In this document: in pieces, positions 11,590-21,911 of the stretch
How positions within the stretch are numbered: position 1 is the first letter of the stretch
Layout: each line of letters begins with the position of its first letter
Translations under genes and position numbers: made by a program
DNA from: Lophium mytilinum
Taxonomy: Eukaryota
Assembly: GCA_010093605.1 (NCBI GenBank)
Contig: MU004184.1
Coordinates: forward strand, 1,064,801-1,128,800
DNA: 64,000 bases
Reading direction: 5' to 3'
Notes under the pieces: generated by a model
The model's database searches: none
What the model was told of the DNA's origin: nothing
Seen by the model: the letters and a program-made list of their open reading frames with translations, nothing else

Positions 11590-14500
11590 TCAACCCGTCT
11601 CTAAATCTCCTACGTCCTCCACACCTAACGTGCGCAGAATCCTCCAATACCGCTGTGTGACCACCTTGCTCGGCATTGTCTTCAGCAAAACCTTAATTCG
11701 CTCTTCCTTAAATGGTAGCTGTTCTAGCATCACCGCCGAGAGGATGTAGTTGCTGACCGTCGAGGTTGCGAGCGGCGGGTCTCGAAGCACTGCCGCCACT
11801 TCTGCTAGGGAGAGATTCTGCTCGTGCCACAACGCATATGCGCGCATTTGACCCGAGGTCGCTATGGGTTGCCGGTGCATGGGCATGGCGGCATGCCAGG
11901 CGTCGAGCCAGAAGTTGGCGAGTTCGAGGGCAGACGTAGGGGAGGAGGCTGGGGGGTCTTGGGAGGTCGAGAGGTTGACGCGGCCGATCTGCTTCGTGAC
12001 AGCGGCGACACCCTCGCCTGAAAACTCGCTAGAGGTGTCAAAGTCCTCGTCCATCGACTCTTCTTCCTCCCACGGTGTCTGTTCCGGGGGAAGTGCGGGT
12101 TCGACTGACACAGCGCTCAAGCCTTGCAATCGAACACGGCCGACGCGCTTGGTAGGGGGAGCGACGAGCTCCTCTTCGGACACCTCGTCGGAAAGCTCGT
12201 CTTCTGGAAGATCGAGCGATGACGATGTCTCTTCGTCCGATTCCTCAATGGCTTCTTGCTCTTCAAGCGCCGACTGGTAATCATCCGACTCCTCTTCTTC
12301 CTCCTCGTCTAACACCACGGCTACCTTTCTCGATTTGTATTTCCTCACAACCACGCCCTCTGCAAGCGCAATCGGCAAGCCCAGCTCCGCACACTGCGGC
12401 CTCGGTGGCGTCGGCCTCAGCTTCTTCCTCTTCGCTTCCAGCACATCAAACAGCCTGACCCCAGCATACGCGTCACTCGCCGCGTACCTCATCTGATCAA
12501 TCAGTAGCGGCTTGCTCCAATCGCTCTCCCTTACGGCGCCCTTATTCAAGGGCAGCTGCAGATGCTCTGCCACCTGGTTCGCCAGCGAGACGAGCATGCG
12601 ATTGACCTTCTCAGGCTCGTCTTTGGAGAACTTGACGAGTTTGTACAAGTGGCTCAGCTCGAAGACACCCCTCGCTTCGACGCCGAGGAATTTTCGGAGC
12701 CGAGTGAAGTCGCTCTTGACGGCGACGCCAGTTTTCAGGATGGCTGGATTTTCGAGTATCGTCTTGATGGTGGGCGGGAGGAGCTCGTCCGCTGTGGTGC
12801 CCTTGAACAAGGAGATGTGGAACAGCGCGATGCGATTTTCGCTGGCAAGTTGGATGAGCGAGGCATTCCCCTTGATCCCAGCCGCGGCCGACGCATTCGG
12901 CTTCCACTCGATGTCGAACCCGAGTACCTGCTCGTCCACGAAGTATTGCGCTACTGTCTCCGCCACCTCCATGTTGCGGCAGTAATGGAGATCAATCTTC
13001 TCGTCGTTGGGCCCGCGGTACATCGTGTAGCTCCATGAAGAGCCATCGACGTTAGATTTAGATGTGTTCATGGCTGCGCGGAGTGTTTCTCTTGGTATTT
13101 GGTAGGTAAGCGGGATGTGCTTTTCCACGTCCTCGCTATCTGAGTCTGATGCATTGTCGTCGCTAGACGCTTCGTCGTCGCTGGGAGGCTCGTTATCGCC
13201 CATGTTGCCTTCATCGTCGCCTTGGGAGCTAGAGCTGAGAGAGTTTGGATCGTTGTCGTTGCCGGCGCTCTCTTGGCCTTGATTTATTTCGTGGTCGCTA
13301 CCGTCGTTTTCTCGGCCTTGAGTGACTTCGCCCTCGTTGCGATCATGATCACGGCCCTGGGCGCTTGATAATGGGGAATTCTGGCTTTCTTGTGTTCCTT
13401 CTTCAAGTGGACCTGCAACAGGTGCTTCTTGCATGCTTTGCCAAGTTTCGTTCATCGAACCCCAAGGTGCTGGATAGGCCGACGCGTCTTGCTCTGCTGA
13501 GCCCCAGAACGTGCTTCCTTGCTCCTGATACCCAGTAAGCTTGTCTTGATGAATGAACCCCCAGCTCATTGCACTACCCAAAGGATCTTGCGCACCAGAT
13601 TCTAAAGCAGGCGGCTCAAGCGTTTGGTACCTGTCAAGGTTATCCTGATTTACGGGGGTCGAACTTGGTTTTATAGTGTCCCATGACCCTCCACTGCTGC
13701 CTAGCTCCTGAACAGGTGACGTAGGTGGCGTCTGCTTCACGGTGACCTTCTCATTCACCAAGCGCGACACTGTCGGACTCTCTGGGTCCACTAAATTTGA
13801 CATATTCGGGGAAGACTGTGGGGTCTCGCGGCTGTCTCGTTCATCTACCAGGTTCGCGGAATCTTTCATGTGCTTTGGAGAACGTGGGGTATTCAAATCG
13901 TTACCAGGATGTGGTGTTCTCATGCTGTGTGTTGGTGAGAATTTGAGGCCGCCGTTGGCGTTCACGTCATCCGACTTCACCTCCGCCCAAGTGTGAGCCC
14001 CTTTGATCTGCACGATAGGACTAGCGCGATGTGAATATGATCGCTTCTGCGAGGGAAATGCCTGGACTGATCGACTCCGCCTTATCCGGAACGGTATTGT
14101 ATCAAACGGCTTTGGAGTTGTGTTGGCGGTAGTAGAATAAGGGAGTTGCGAATCAACGGAGTTGCTCAACGATCCAGTCATTCTCTTCGAATCGGTATTG
14201 GGTGCAGTGTTTTCAGACGTAATTGCTGCACCGCGCTCGCTTCTCACAGAAGCAAGTGCCTTCTTAAGCTCTGCCAGCTCTTTGGCCTCCTCACTGAACC
14301 GCTCAAACCTCTCTCTCTCGTCTTGGATTTGCTTCTCAATCGCGATCTCTTGCCGGAGCCGTTTGACCTCCCTTTCCATGTCATCAGCATCTCTCTTTCT
14401 TCGATCTCTTTCTGCCTCTAGCTTCTGATGGTCTACTGGGTTTTCATCGTCCGTCGCCTTCTTCTGGTCAAGACCTATTTTGGCCTTGAAGTCCTTGAAG

Positions 14501-17500
14501 TACGCATCAATCGATAAATCGTTAGTTGGCACCCCCGCGGCTAATGAGGTCGCCGTTGGTCTTTTCGGATCCCGCTGTCCAGCAGCCGCCGATAGCTGGG
14601 TTCCAAGCCTTGGTTCTATAGTTCCAATGGTTGGGTTTCCAGCGGGCACATCCGTCGCAACCGAAATAGACCCAGGACTTCGCAACACACTGTCCTTTTT
14701 TTGCTGTTTGCGTGCTACATGAGCTGCCCAAGCAGCCCATTCCGGGGTCTCATCCCCGGGACTTCGTGGCATCCTATACTTATCTTGCTGATAGGATGCC
14801 ACGTCCCGGGCTTCATCCCCGAGGTCTGTATTCACTGTTCTGATCTTCGGGGTTGCATCAGGTGCCTCTGTGACACCCAACCCCTCCTTCAAGCTTCGCG
14901 AAGGAGGCAAAGACTTGCTTTCCGGCGCGGCGTCGTTTTTGAAGTGTTGCGCGTAGTACGCGATCGCGTTCTGGTCGCGGATCTCTGCAGAGTTCGGCTC
15001 CATTTGCTCTTCTTGCTCGTGTGCAAGCTGCTTTGCAGCCTCACGTTTAGCCTCTTTAATGGCCTTCGTTCGGATTCTCCGCGTCCTTAAGTTTGAGGAG
15101 CTCCGCCTTTTCTTTCTCTTTGTCTTCACCGCCTCCTCGTTCTCTGGTCCCTGCTGAGCTTCCATCTCTCCGTGCTTCTCTCTTTCTGACTCGGCCTCCG
15201 ACTGTCCTCGATTGCCCGATTCGAATCCTTGCTGACTGGCTAATGTACCCCATCCGCCGGATGAATCGGGCAAGGCGACTATAGTATCAGGGTCGAGTCG
15301 CTGCAATATCCTCGGCATCTTCACAGCATAGGCACCTTTGTTAGGCAATAACGATTGCCACGTAGAGCCGTGATCAGATACAGACTCCGACGGGTCTGAC
15401 GCATACGACGCGAGAGGAACCTGCTGAGAGCGTGAATCTGGCTGAGCGACCACGACATCTGGCTGCAGAGTCTTCGACGCCTCCGCTGAAAGAGAATCCC
15501 ACTCGGATGAAGTTTGCGAGGATCCAGGGGTATCATTCTGGTTTGATGAAGCCAGCCAAGCATCCATAACTTGCACTTGTGCTTGCCTATTCGAAGTTCG
15601 CGATGATGCTTGCGAAGGCTGAGATTTGTGCGTCGGAGAGTTGTCTTTTTCGTGCAATTGGCCCTTTTGCTGTTTTCGTGCAACCGACCTTACTTTCGAG
15701 CAGTCAGCTCGGATATGGCCATATTGCCCACCTATCAAAACGTTAATTAGAAGCTGCACCCGAAAACCCTTCCTGTACGTACACTTATGGCATCGAATAG
15801 ACTCCAACTCTTTCATCTGCTGGCTCTTTCGCAGAACTGGAGAAGAGGCCTGGGCCTTCGCCTGGCGCGCCGTCTTCGCTGCTACCCGAGTTGCGGTGCT
15901 CTTCGCCGGCCTTCGTTTCTGCTCTACAAATTGCGAGAGGACCTCGACTCGGCGGTTTTGGCGCGACGAGCGCAGAACGGACCGCGCATTCTTCCTAAGC
16001 ACTGGGGCGTATGCTTCCATCTCCTTGATCACCTCGGGATCTTGCTCTCTCATATGCAACATCGATTCGAATTCGCCGATTTCATGGAACGGGTGTCGAT
16101 TTTTGGTGTTGTATAGTTCAGTCAAAAAGCTGTTATACCGCCGGAATCGATCTGTCCCGATCTTCGCTATGTCATCCCTTAAGAAACTTTTGAGGTCGTA
16201 ATGAGACTTGGAGACATTATATTTGTACAGCTTGAAGGGAAGCAGTATGCGTTCACTCGCGAGTTCTGCATAGCAATTACTGGCTAGAAACAAAGACATA
16301 GGCACGTTTCGCGCGAAGTCCGCGAAGCTCATAGCCCCATGGAAGTGTGCTGTATAAATAGACGTGAACTGGACGATGACTTGTTTGAGACCCTTCGAGT
16401 CGACCATCTCGGTTATTGCTCTAAGATGTGATATCTCCAAACTTCTCACAAGTTGGTATTTGTGGACATCAGGACACCTTCTAGCAACTAGGTCTAAAAT
16501 ATCCGAGGCTATATCTTTCAAGGTTTCCCACAAATTCGATATTCGCGAGTCCAACACGATCCATAAAGCATGGGCTTGGCGGCGGGCTGGACTAAGGACA
16601 GCTGCCTTATATCGATGAAATCTTGTAAGCTTGCGGCTCTCGTGTGCGTAGGTCCAGAAGATTTTATTACGATAAGCAGTTACGTCAGCACAGCCACGCC
16701 AGTAAATCGCCATGTCGGCATGGTACTTCATCATCTTGTCAGGAGAAATTTCCGGTCGGCCTCCCAGCGTCAACTTTGATGGAAGGGCTCTGCCAATGAA
16801 CTGCGAGCAGTCCTTCTGCCGATAGAGATGGTAACGGGACAAACCAGCGATAAGTCTCAAAACTTCTGAACGTTTGAGCTTGTATTCATAGAACAAGTCT
16901 TTATAGCTTTCGTATGAATCCCGAGCCTCGGCTCTGACTCCTTGTTCGTACTGGCCTCTGTATTCTTCCGCTTTTTGGATTTCCCGTGTGATATCTGCTT
17001 GCTGGGGAGATGGTTGCAGCTGCCTCGGTGCTCGCATTGCCTTCTCGTGATCTATCCTCTCGTGAATTTTCCGCATCTCACGGAGCTCTGCATTCCGGCG
17101 GACTTCGATACGCCGTTTCTGCTTGGCTGCTCGCCTCTTCAGGCTAGCTTGAAGCGCTTGCTGAGTCTCAGCCTTGCTGAGCTCTTGCTGTGCGAGCTTG
17201 GCTGTCTTGTCTTCCGGCTCTTTGGGCAATACCATGTGCTTCTTGGCAGCCAGCTTTTCCCGCCAATCCAACGTATTGTTTGATGTAGCTTTTATGAGTT
17301 CTGAATCCCTAACCGACGGCTTCGTCTCCCGTATCCGCAGGTCGAAGATGCCGCCTTTCTTTGCTGTCGTCGAGGTGTTACTACTTTTAGAAGTAGCAGG
17401 TTCGCGTTTTGCCTCAATCTGCTCCAGGAAGCCTTGCAAGCTAGAGCTCAGGGTATACATGATACCAGCAAACATGTCTCCACTGGCTGTTTCCTCGACT

Positions 17501-18129
17501 TGAGACTTCCACGAAGATTGCTTCCCTGATGTGGCCACCTTCTCACTGCGCAGAGGCGCACTCATCGCTGGCGTCGAAAGTTCTGACGCCACAGTCTGTT
17601 TCGGCCTAACCACAGTTTGGTTCGCCCTGCCCACAATCACCTGGCTCTTCTCCATGGCTTTTCGTTCGGCGGGAACAGGTGTATTGTCCCTCGGTACCGC
17701 CGCCATTTTGACCACACTTCGTACTTCTTGCTTGGCTTTGGCGGCTTTGGCGTTTGCGATCATCTGCGACATGGACAGACTAGCATAGCCCGCCGTGAAG
17801 ACAATGCCATGCGAAGAGTTCCATATTTCCGGGAGCGACTTGGGCCGATTGTCAGAACAGACGAATGCAGGCGGGACAGTGGTACTGGGAGACGGTGGGC
17901 CATGGGCGCTCAGGGAGGTAGCTCTAGTGTTCGCAAATGCATCAGCTCCTGCTGTATGAATTGGGAAAGGACCGTCCCACCCATGGCCTTGCCATTGGAT
18001 GCTGTCTATTTCATCGTGTCCTCGTGCTGGATGCCAATGCAAAACTTGTGTTGCCATGGTGTTGGGCTCGCTGGCCCTGATGGCGACTGCTCCGGCGCGT
18101 GGGAAGGAGGGGCGGTATTTGAGACGCAT
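11590..18129 (-). CDS. Large 3'-5' exonuclease (DEDDy, WRN-exo/EXD2-like) with CCHC zinc knuckle and C-terminal HTH
   Basis: Exonuclease motifs VLGFDIEWKP, LIQLAS, SDWS..L...QMRYAASDAY. An in-frame intron at 15782-15732 hides CHKCGQYGHIRADC. First in-frame ATG is 18129; the frame is open to GTG 18216. Confidence 0.85.
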   Translation of the reverse strand: MRLKYRPSFPRAGAVAIRASEPNTMATQVLHWHPARGHDEIDSIQWQGHGWDGPFPIHTAGADAFANTRATSLSAHGPPSPSTTVPPAFVCSDNRPKSLPEIWNSSHGIVFTAGYASLSMSQMIANAKAAKAKQEVRSVVKMAAVPRDNTPVPAERKAMEKSQVIVGRANQTVVRPKQTVASELSTPAMSAPLRSEKVATSGKQSSWKSQVEETASGDMFAGIMYTLSSSLQGFLEQIEAKREPATSKSSNTSTTAKKGGIFDLRIRETKPSVRDSELIKATSNNTLDWREKLAAKKHMVLPKEPEDKTAKLAQQELSKAETQQALQASLKRRAAKQKRRIEVRRNAELREMRKIHERIDHEKAMRAPRQLQPSPQQADITREIQKAEEYRGQYEQGVRAEARDSYESYKDLFYEYKLKRSEVLRLIAGLSRYHLYRQKDCSQFIGRALPSKLTLGGRPEISPDKMMKYHADMAIYWRGCADVTAYRNKIFWTYAHESRKLTRFHRYKAAVLSPARRQAHALWIVLDSRISNLWETLKDIASDILDLVARRCPDVHKYQLVRSLEISHLRAITEMVDSKGLKQVIVQFTSIYTAHFHGAMSFADFARNVPMSLFLASNCYAELASERILLPFKLYKYNVSKSHYDLKSFLRDDIAKIGTDRFRRYNSFLTELYNTKNRHPFHEIGEFESMLHMREQDPEVIKEMEAYAPVLRKNARSVLRSSRQNRRVEVLSQFVEQKRRPAKSTATRVAAKTARQAKAQASSPVLRKSQQMKELESIRCHKCTYRKGFRVQLLINVLIGGQYGHIRADCSKVRSVARKQQKGQLHEKDNSPTHKSQPSQASSRTSNRQAQVQVMDAWLASSNQNDTPGSSQTSSEWDSLSAEASKTLQPDVVVAQPDSRSQQVPLASYASDPSESVSDHGSTWQSLLPNKGAYAVKMPRILQRLDPDTIVALPDSSGGWGTLASQQGFESGNRGQSEAESEREKHGEMEAQQGPENEEAVKTKRKKRRSSSNLRTRRIRTKAIKEAKREAAKQLAHEQEEQMEPNSAEIRDQNAIAYYAQHFKNDAAPESKSLPPSRSLKEGLGVTEAPDATPKIRTVNTDLGDEARDVASYQQDKYRMPRSPGDETPEWAAWAAHVARKQQKKDSVLRSPGSISVATDVPAGNPTIGTIEPRLGTQLSAAAGQRDPKRPTATSLAAGVPTNDLSIDAYFKDFKAKIGLDQKKATDDENPVDHQKLEAERDRRKRDADDMEREVKRLRQEIAIEKQIQDERERFERFSEEAKELAELKKALASVRSERGAAITSENTAPNTDSKRMTGSLSNSVDSQLPYSTTANTTPKPFDTIPFRIRRSRSVQAFPSQKRSYSHRASPIVQIKGAHTWAEVKSDDVNANGGLKFSPTHSMRTPHPGNDLNTPRSPKHMKDSANLVDERDSRETPQSSPNMSNLVDPESPTVSRLVNEKVTVKQTPPTSPVQELGSSGGSWDTIKPSSTPVNQDNLDRYQTLEPPALESGAQDPLGSAMSWGFIHQDKLTGYQEQGSTFWGSAEQDASAYPAPWGSMNETWQSMQEAPVAGPLEEGTQESQNSPLSSAQGRDHDRNEGEVTQGRENDGSDHEINQGQESAGNDNDPNSLSSSSQGDDEGNMGDNEPPSDDEASSDDNASDSDSEDVEKHIPLTYQIPRETLRAAMNTSKSNVDGSSWSYTMYRGPNDEKIDLHYCRNMEVAETVAQYFVDEQVLGFDIEWKPNASAAAGIKGNASLIQLASENRIALFHISLFKGTTADELLPPTIKTILENPAILKTGVAVKSDFTRLRKFLGVEARGVFELSHLYKLVKFSKDEPEKVNRMLVSLANQVAEHLQLPLNKGAVRESDWSKPLLIDQMRYAASDAYAGVRLFDVLEAKRKKLRPTPPRPQCAELGLPIALAEGVVVRKYKSRKVAVVLDEEEEEESDDYQSALEEQEAIEESDEETSSSLDLPEDELSDEVSEEELVAPPTKRVGRVRLQGLSAVSVEPALPPEQTPWEEEESMDEDFDTSSEFSGEGVAAVTKQIGRVNLSTSQDPPASSPTSALELANFWLDAWHAAMPMHRQPIATSGQMRAYALWHEQNLSLAEVAAVLRDPPLATSTVSNYILSAVMLEQLPFKEERIKVLLKTMPSKVVTQRYWRILRTLGVEDVGDLETG

Positions 18130-18425
18130 GGCGCTCCATGGCAGATATGCAGCGCAAGAGGCACCAATGCTCGCCTGGGGGGCACTCGGGGGCGCGAGGA
18201 GGAGTCTGAGAAGCACTGGCTGGCGAAGTGATGCACTGCCAGGAGCTCTTCAGATGAAGACAGTCAAAAGTTCGACCTAAGCGACGCGGTTTACTTCCGC
18301 GCCAAGCCTCACCTCTTTCCCGCAGCCAACCACCGCTTCACCACCATCAACCTCGAAACACGCCCTTATCGAATTCACAGCACATCCTCGCGAGGGGACG
18401 GCTAGACCAGTCTACAGCAGCAATC

Positions 18426-18864
18426 ATGCCCGAGATTCCAGTCAGCTCATCGCAGAGCACAGCGCTGTTGCCGCTCGGTACGTCTACTATGCCACAATAA
18501 ACCCTGGCCGCCACTAACGAACGCATAGAACTCATTGACAGATGCGTCGGCTCTAAGATTTGGGTCATCATGAAGGGAGACAAAGGTTCGTCCTGGATCT
18601 CACAGCCAGTTAGCTCTACTTACTGACAGTTGCAACAGAATTCTCAGGCACACTACTAGGATTCGACGACTATGTCAACATGGTGCTTGAGGATGTGACG
18701 GAGATCGACTACGACGGCGCCTCGACAAAACTGCCGAAAATTCTTCTAAACGGCAACAACGTGTGCATGGTAAGGTCCCGCGCTTCACATATCAAACGAA
18801 CTTCGCTCACTAATTTCTCGTACAGTTGATTCCTGGAGGTGGCCCTGAGGCCATGGACAGCTAG
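18426..18864 (+). CDS. LSM5: U6 snRNA-associated Sm-like protein Lsm5 (4 exons)
   Basis: Spliced product ...[45 protein letters not shown]...[15 protein letters not shown]. Three canonical introns. Divergent from the exonuclease gene. Confidence 0.95.
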
Positions 18865-18980
18865 CGCACCCATGAACTGCATGTGTCTTGATTTGGGAGT
18901 CTATCGGCGTACCGAATAGGTATAGCCTAACGAACACATAGAAAATACAACCTACCTCTCAAATTCCGTGAATCTGCCTT

Positions 18981-19291
18981 GTGAATTCCTGAACTCATAG
19001 ACTGATGGATCGTGGCCATTGTCCTGGGGCCCTGGCTGCGCTAGAAGACACCTCAGCACGTATCAAAACTGAATGTTGACGATGTAAAGGTTTGATGGCT
19101 TTAAATCAGGACTATATTGAGTTCACGTGACCAGCCACCCTAGTTGAATCCGATATACCTAGTCCTGATTCAAAGGCCTTCAGCCTTTAGGTCCTCTATA
19201 TCCAGTCTCACCACGTGCTGGGGCGTATCCTTGCACTACCAGGGCCGCCAGAACAGACCGACAGCGGTTTCATCAGTAATCAAGAATTCAC
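18981..19291. repeat. ~310-bp imperfect inverted repeat (fold-back)
   Basis: Colinear complementary blocks: GTGAATTC ends, GGCCCTGG 19028/19239, CAGCACGT 19054/19213, AATCAGGACTA 19104/19160. Loop of about 18 nt. Confidence 0.85.
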
Positions 19292-19751
19292 GTATCAGGC
19301 CCAGCCTTCGTAGATCTGGCGTGTCAAAAGATGTGAATGCATAAGTATCTGAACGGCACTAGCATAACAGTCGTTTGGAGGCCGTGACACATCTGATTTC
19401 TCTCTCGGATATTGCGAACTTTCCCGCAGGAAATGTAAAAGTCCTCGCCCTGTAACCGAGCCGGATAGTGATGGTGATGGTGTGACGGCAGTACATCGGC
19501 GCCCAAGATCGAGATTCAGTGCACACATCCGATCTGAGAACGCTGCGGGCGCTCGTAATGTAATTGCGCATGGCACTTTGGACGCTCCTTTGGAACCCGG
19601 CAATTCCAACATAGCCTTCTGCTGTGTCACTGTTTGACGTCTGGCGGCTGGCCCTGACGTCGGATCATTCCGCATCCAGTATCCACATGCAGCTCACTTT
19701 AATCGTGCCTCTCAGCGCCAGGATACTGTTAGGACACGCCAAGAAGGAGTA

Positions 19752-19973
19752 CAGAACTAAGCCATAAGTCTGGGCACCCGGACTACTGTCCGGCTCCAAT
19801 CCTGCTCACTTGATAGCACTGTGAGGAGTAGCCCGACTGCTTGATAGGCAGTGAGTTAAGCAGCAGTTTGGTTTACATAACCTGGACCTTGACATTGCGC
19901 CTAGATGTTAAAATCCTATGGAGGCACCCCAAGCGGTGGGAACGGGTGTGAAAAGGCGTATGGCTCGTCGCTC
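19752..19973 (-). mobile_element. Degenerate dispersed copy of the ~230-bp MITE
   Basis: CAGAACTAAGCCATAAGTCTGGGCAC matches the right TIR of the 51127-51353 copy. Internal blocks (CCCCAAGCGGTGG) are colinear, and TA flanks both ends. Confidence 0.8.
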
Positions 19974-21911
19974 TATCTGCCGCCTCCAGGGCTGATGTTG
20001 GCCTACTGGATCGGGACCAGTGAGAATCGTGAGCTGTGGACCTGCCGCAGTTCTCGACTCTCCGCTCCGCCCTGCTACAGCCAACGACATGATTGCCGCC
20101 CTCGAGGCCGCCCGGATGCTCCACTCCGCTCGCTGAAGCTGCTGGCCGTGCGTAGGGATCGTCAGGCTGGCGGGAAATGGGGAGGGGGCTCGGCTACAGT
20201 TTGTACTTCTAACCACCCCGTCAGAGACTCGTCTCGCACCATGCAGGCTGCTCGATCCGTCCATCGACTACCGCCAGCATCCCGGGTCTCGAAACAGATC
20301 GGAGTCGTGCCGAACCACAGCACTAGGGCAGGCGTGCAGCAAAACAGGCTACGGGCTGCAGCAGCACGCGAAGAGTCCGGCGAGCTGTAACGGGTGCTGC
20401 AGACCATCGTCGATCTATATCAGACCGGCCCGAGCTGCTCGAACGTGGAAGAGCCGGGTCCCTTGCGCCCTGTGCCCGTCGGCCTCCAGGGGGCGAGTCA
20501 AGATGGGCTGTCCACATGCCGACCTTGACTGACTGAATTCTTGCATGCACACACCCGACTTGCGCCGCGAAGCCTCGTGTGCATGTTGCCACTGTGCCAC
20601 ACGCAGCGGCGACGGACACCCGCGCCGAATGCTTGGCTCGCCAGCGGGAGCACCTCGTACGAATCGAGCGCGTCGTGGTGGTGGGAGGAGGGCGCGAGGG
20701 GCCCCAATTCATCACCTCGCTCCACCCCGGCGACGCCGTTGGCTCTGGCTTCTCTGGCTTGCCGCGCAGGCTCGATCAATTGCATTCTGCCCGATCACGA
20801 CCCTGGAGATCCTGGCCACTCCAGGACGAGTAGATCGCCCTGCCGAGCAGATGACGGCACGCACGCTGCCCTCGCTGCCCTCACTCTCTCTTTGTTAGCC
20901 GTGTGGCCGCATACCGCGACTCTCCTCCTCCGACCGAGCCACTGAGCCCGCCTGCGGTCACGTTTGGTCCCGCGCGCCCCGTGTGTGCGGCGTGTGCAGC
21001 TGCTTCTCTTGCTAGGTAGGTAGGACCCTGTGAGCCTGTGAGCCCGCCGTTGCAGACTCCAAATCCACCCAGCTCCAGCACCAGCCTCGATCCCCATCAC
21101 CGCCTCCAACCCAGTGCCCACCAGATGTCCGCCACGCCATGGCCCGCCGCGACCTAGCCAGCAGGCACTAGGGAGCGTCGTTACTGTGGGATTTATTCCC
21201 TTGCCATCTTGCAATCGAGGTAGCCGTCTTGCTGCCACCACCACGCCCACACACGTTATTCCCATGCTCCATTACCCGTCTTCCACTCCACCGTCGCTGG
21301 CTTCACCTCGAACCAGCGGCTACTCCTGCGTCCAGCTAGCCTCCCATCCTAGTCATCTCCAGCGACTGCCCTGCCTCCCCATGATAACTGGACGCAATCG
21401 CCATCAGTGGTACCACCTTTAGTCTGCAGCCTCGGCGACGATCCTGAGACCCTTTTTCACTGGCCGTCGCCACCACCTGCTCTCTCGCCCTATGGAGTAG
21501 GGCGTATATACATTAACTTCCTCTTCTTGCGCGTCTCGCGCCCAGCAACAATTAGCACCAGCACAAAACTATCGCGTGTAATTTTTTTCCTATCCCCAGA
21601 TCTTGACCAAGCCCAGCGCTACGACACCGACACGACCCCTCTTTATATTCCCTATTCGAAGAACCGATACCGTGACCATATTCTTAACACCGCGCCAATC
21701 CCGCACTCCGCGGGGTACTCGACCACTCCTGAGCATCCCGCTTTGCCAGGCACGAGACGCGCACACTTCACCGAATACACCAACAACATTACGAAATCTA
21801 CTTGTGTTTCGCAAGCCATTGATTTCAAGATATACGGCTCCCCCACCGACAGCATCTACAATAAGCATCCAATCTTGTCGCGGTAATCCGCACGACTACA
21901 GTCTCTTCTAC

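Noticed and set aside
19367..19633. Further MITE copy ending in TGTCACTGT
   Set aside because: Only a partial TIR match at one end; interior not alignable by eye.
19873..21422. Overlapping ORFs upstream of the HMG gene
   Set aside because: GC-rich non-coding sequence gives spurious ORFs with no codon bias or motifs.
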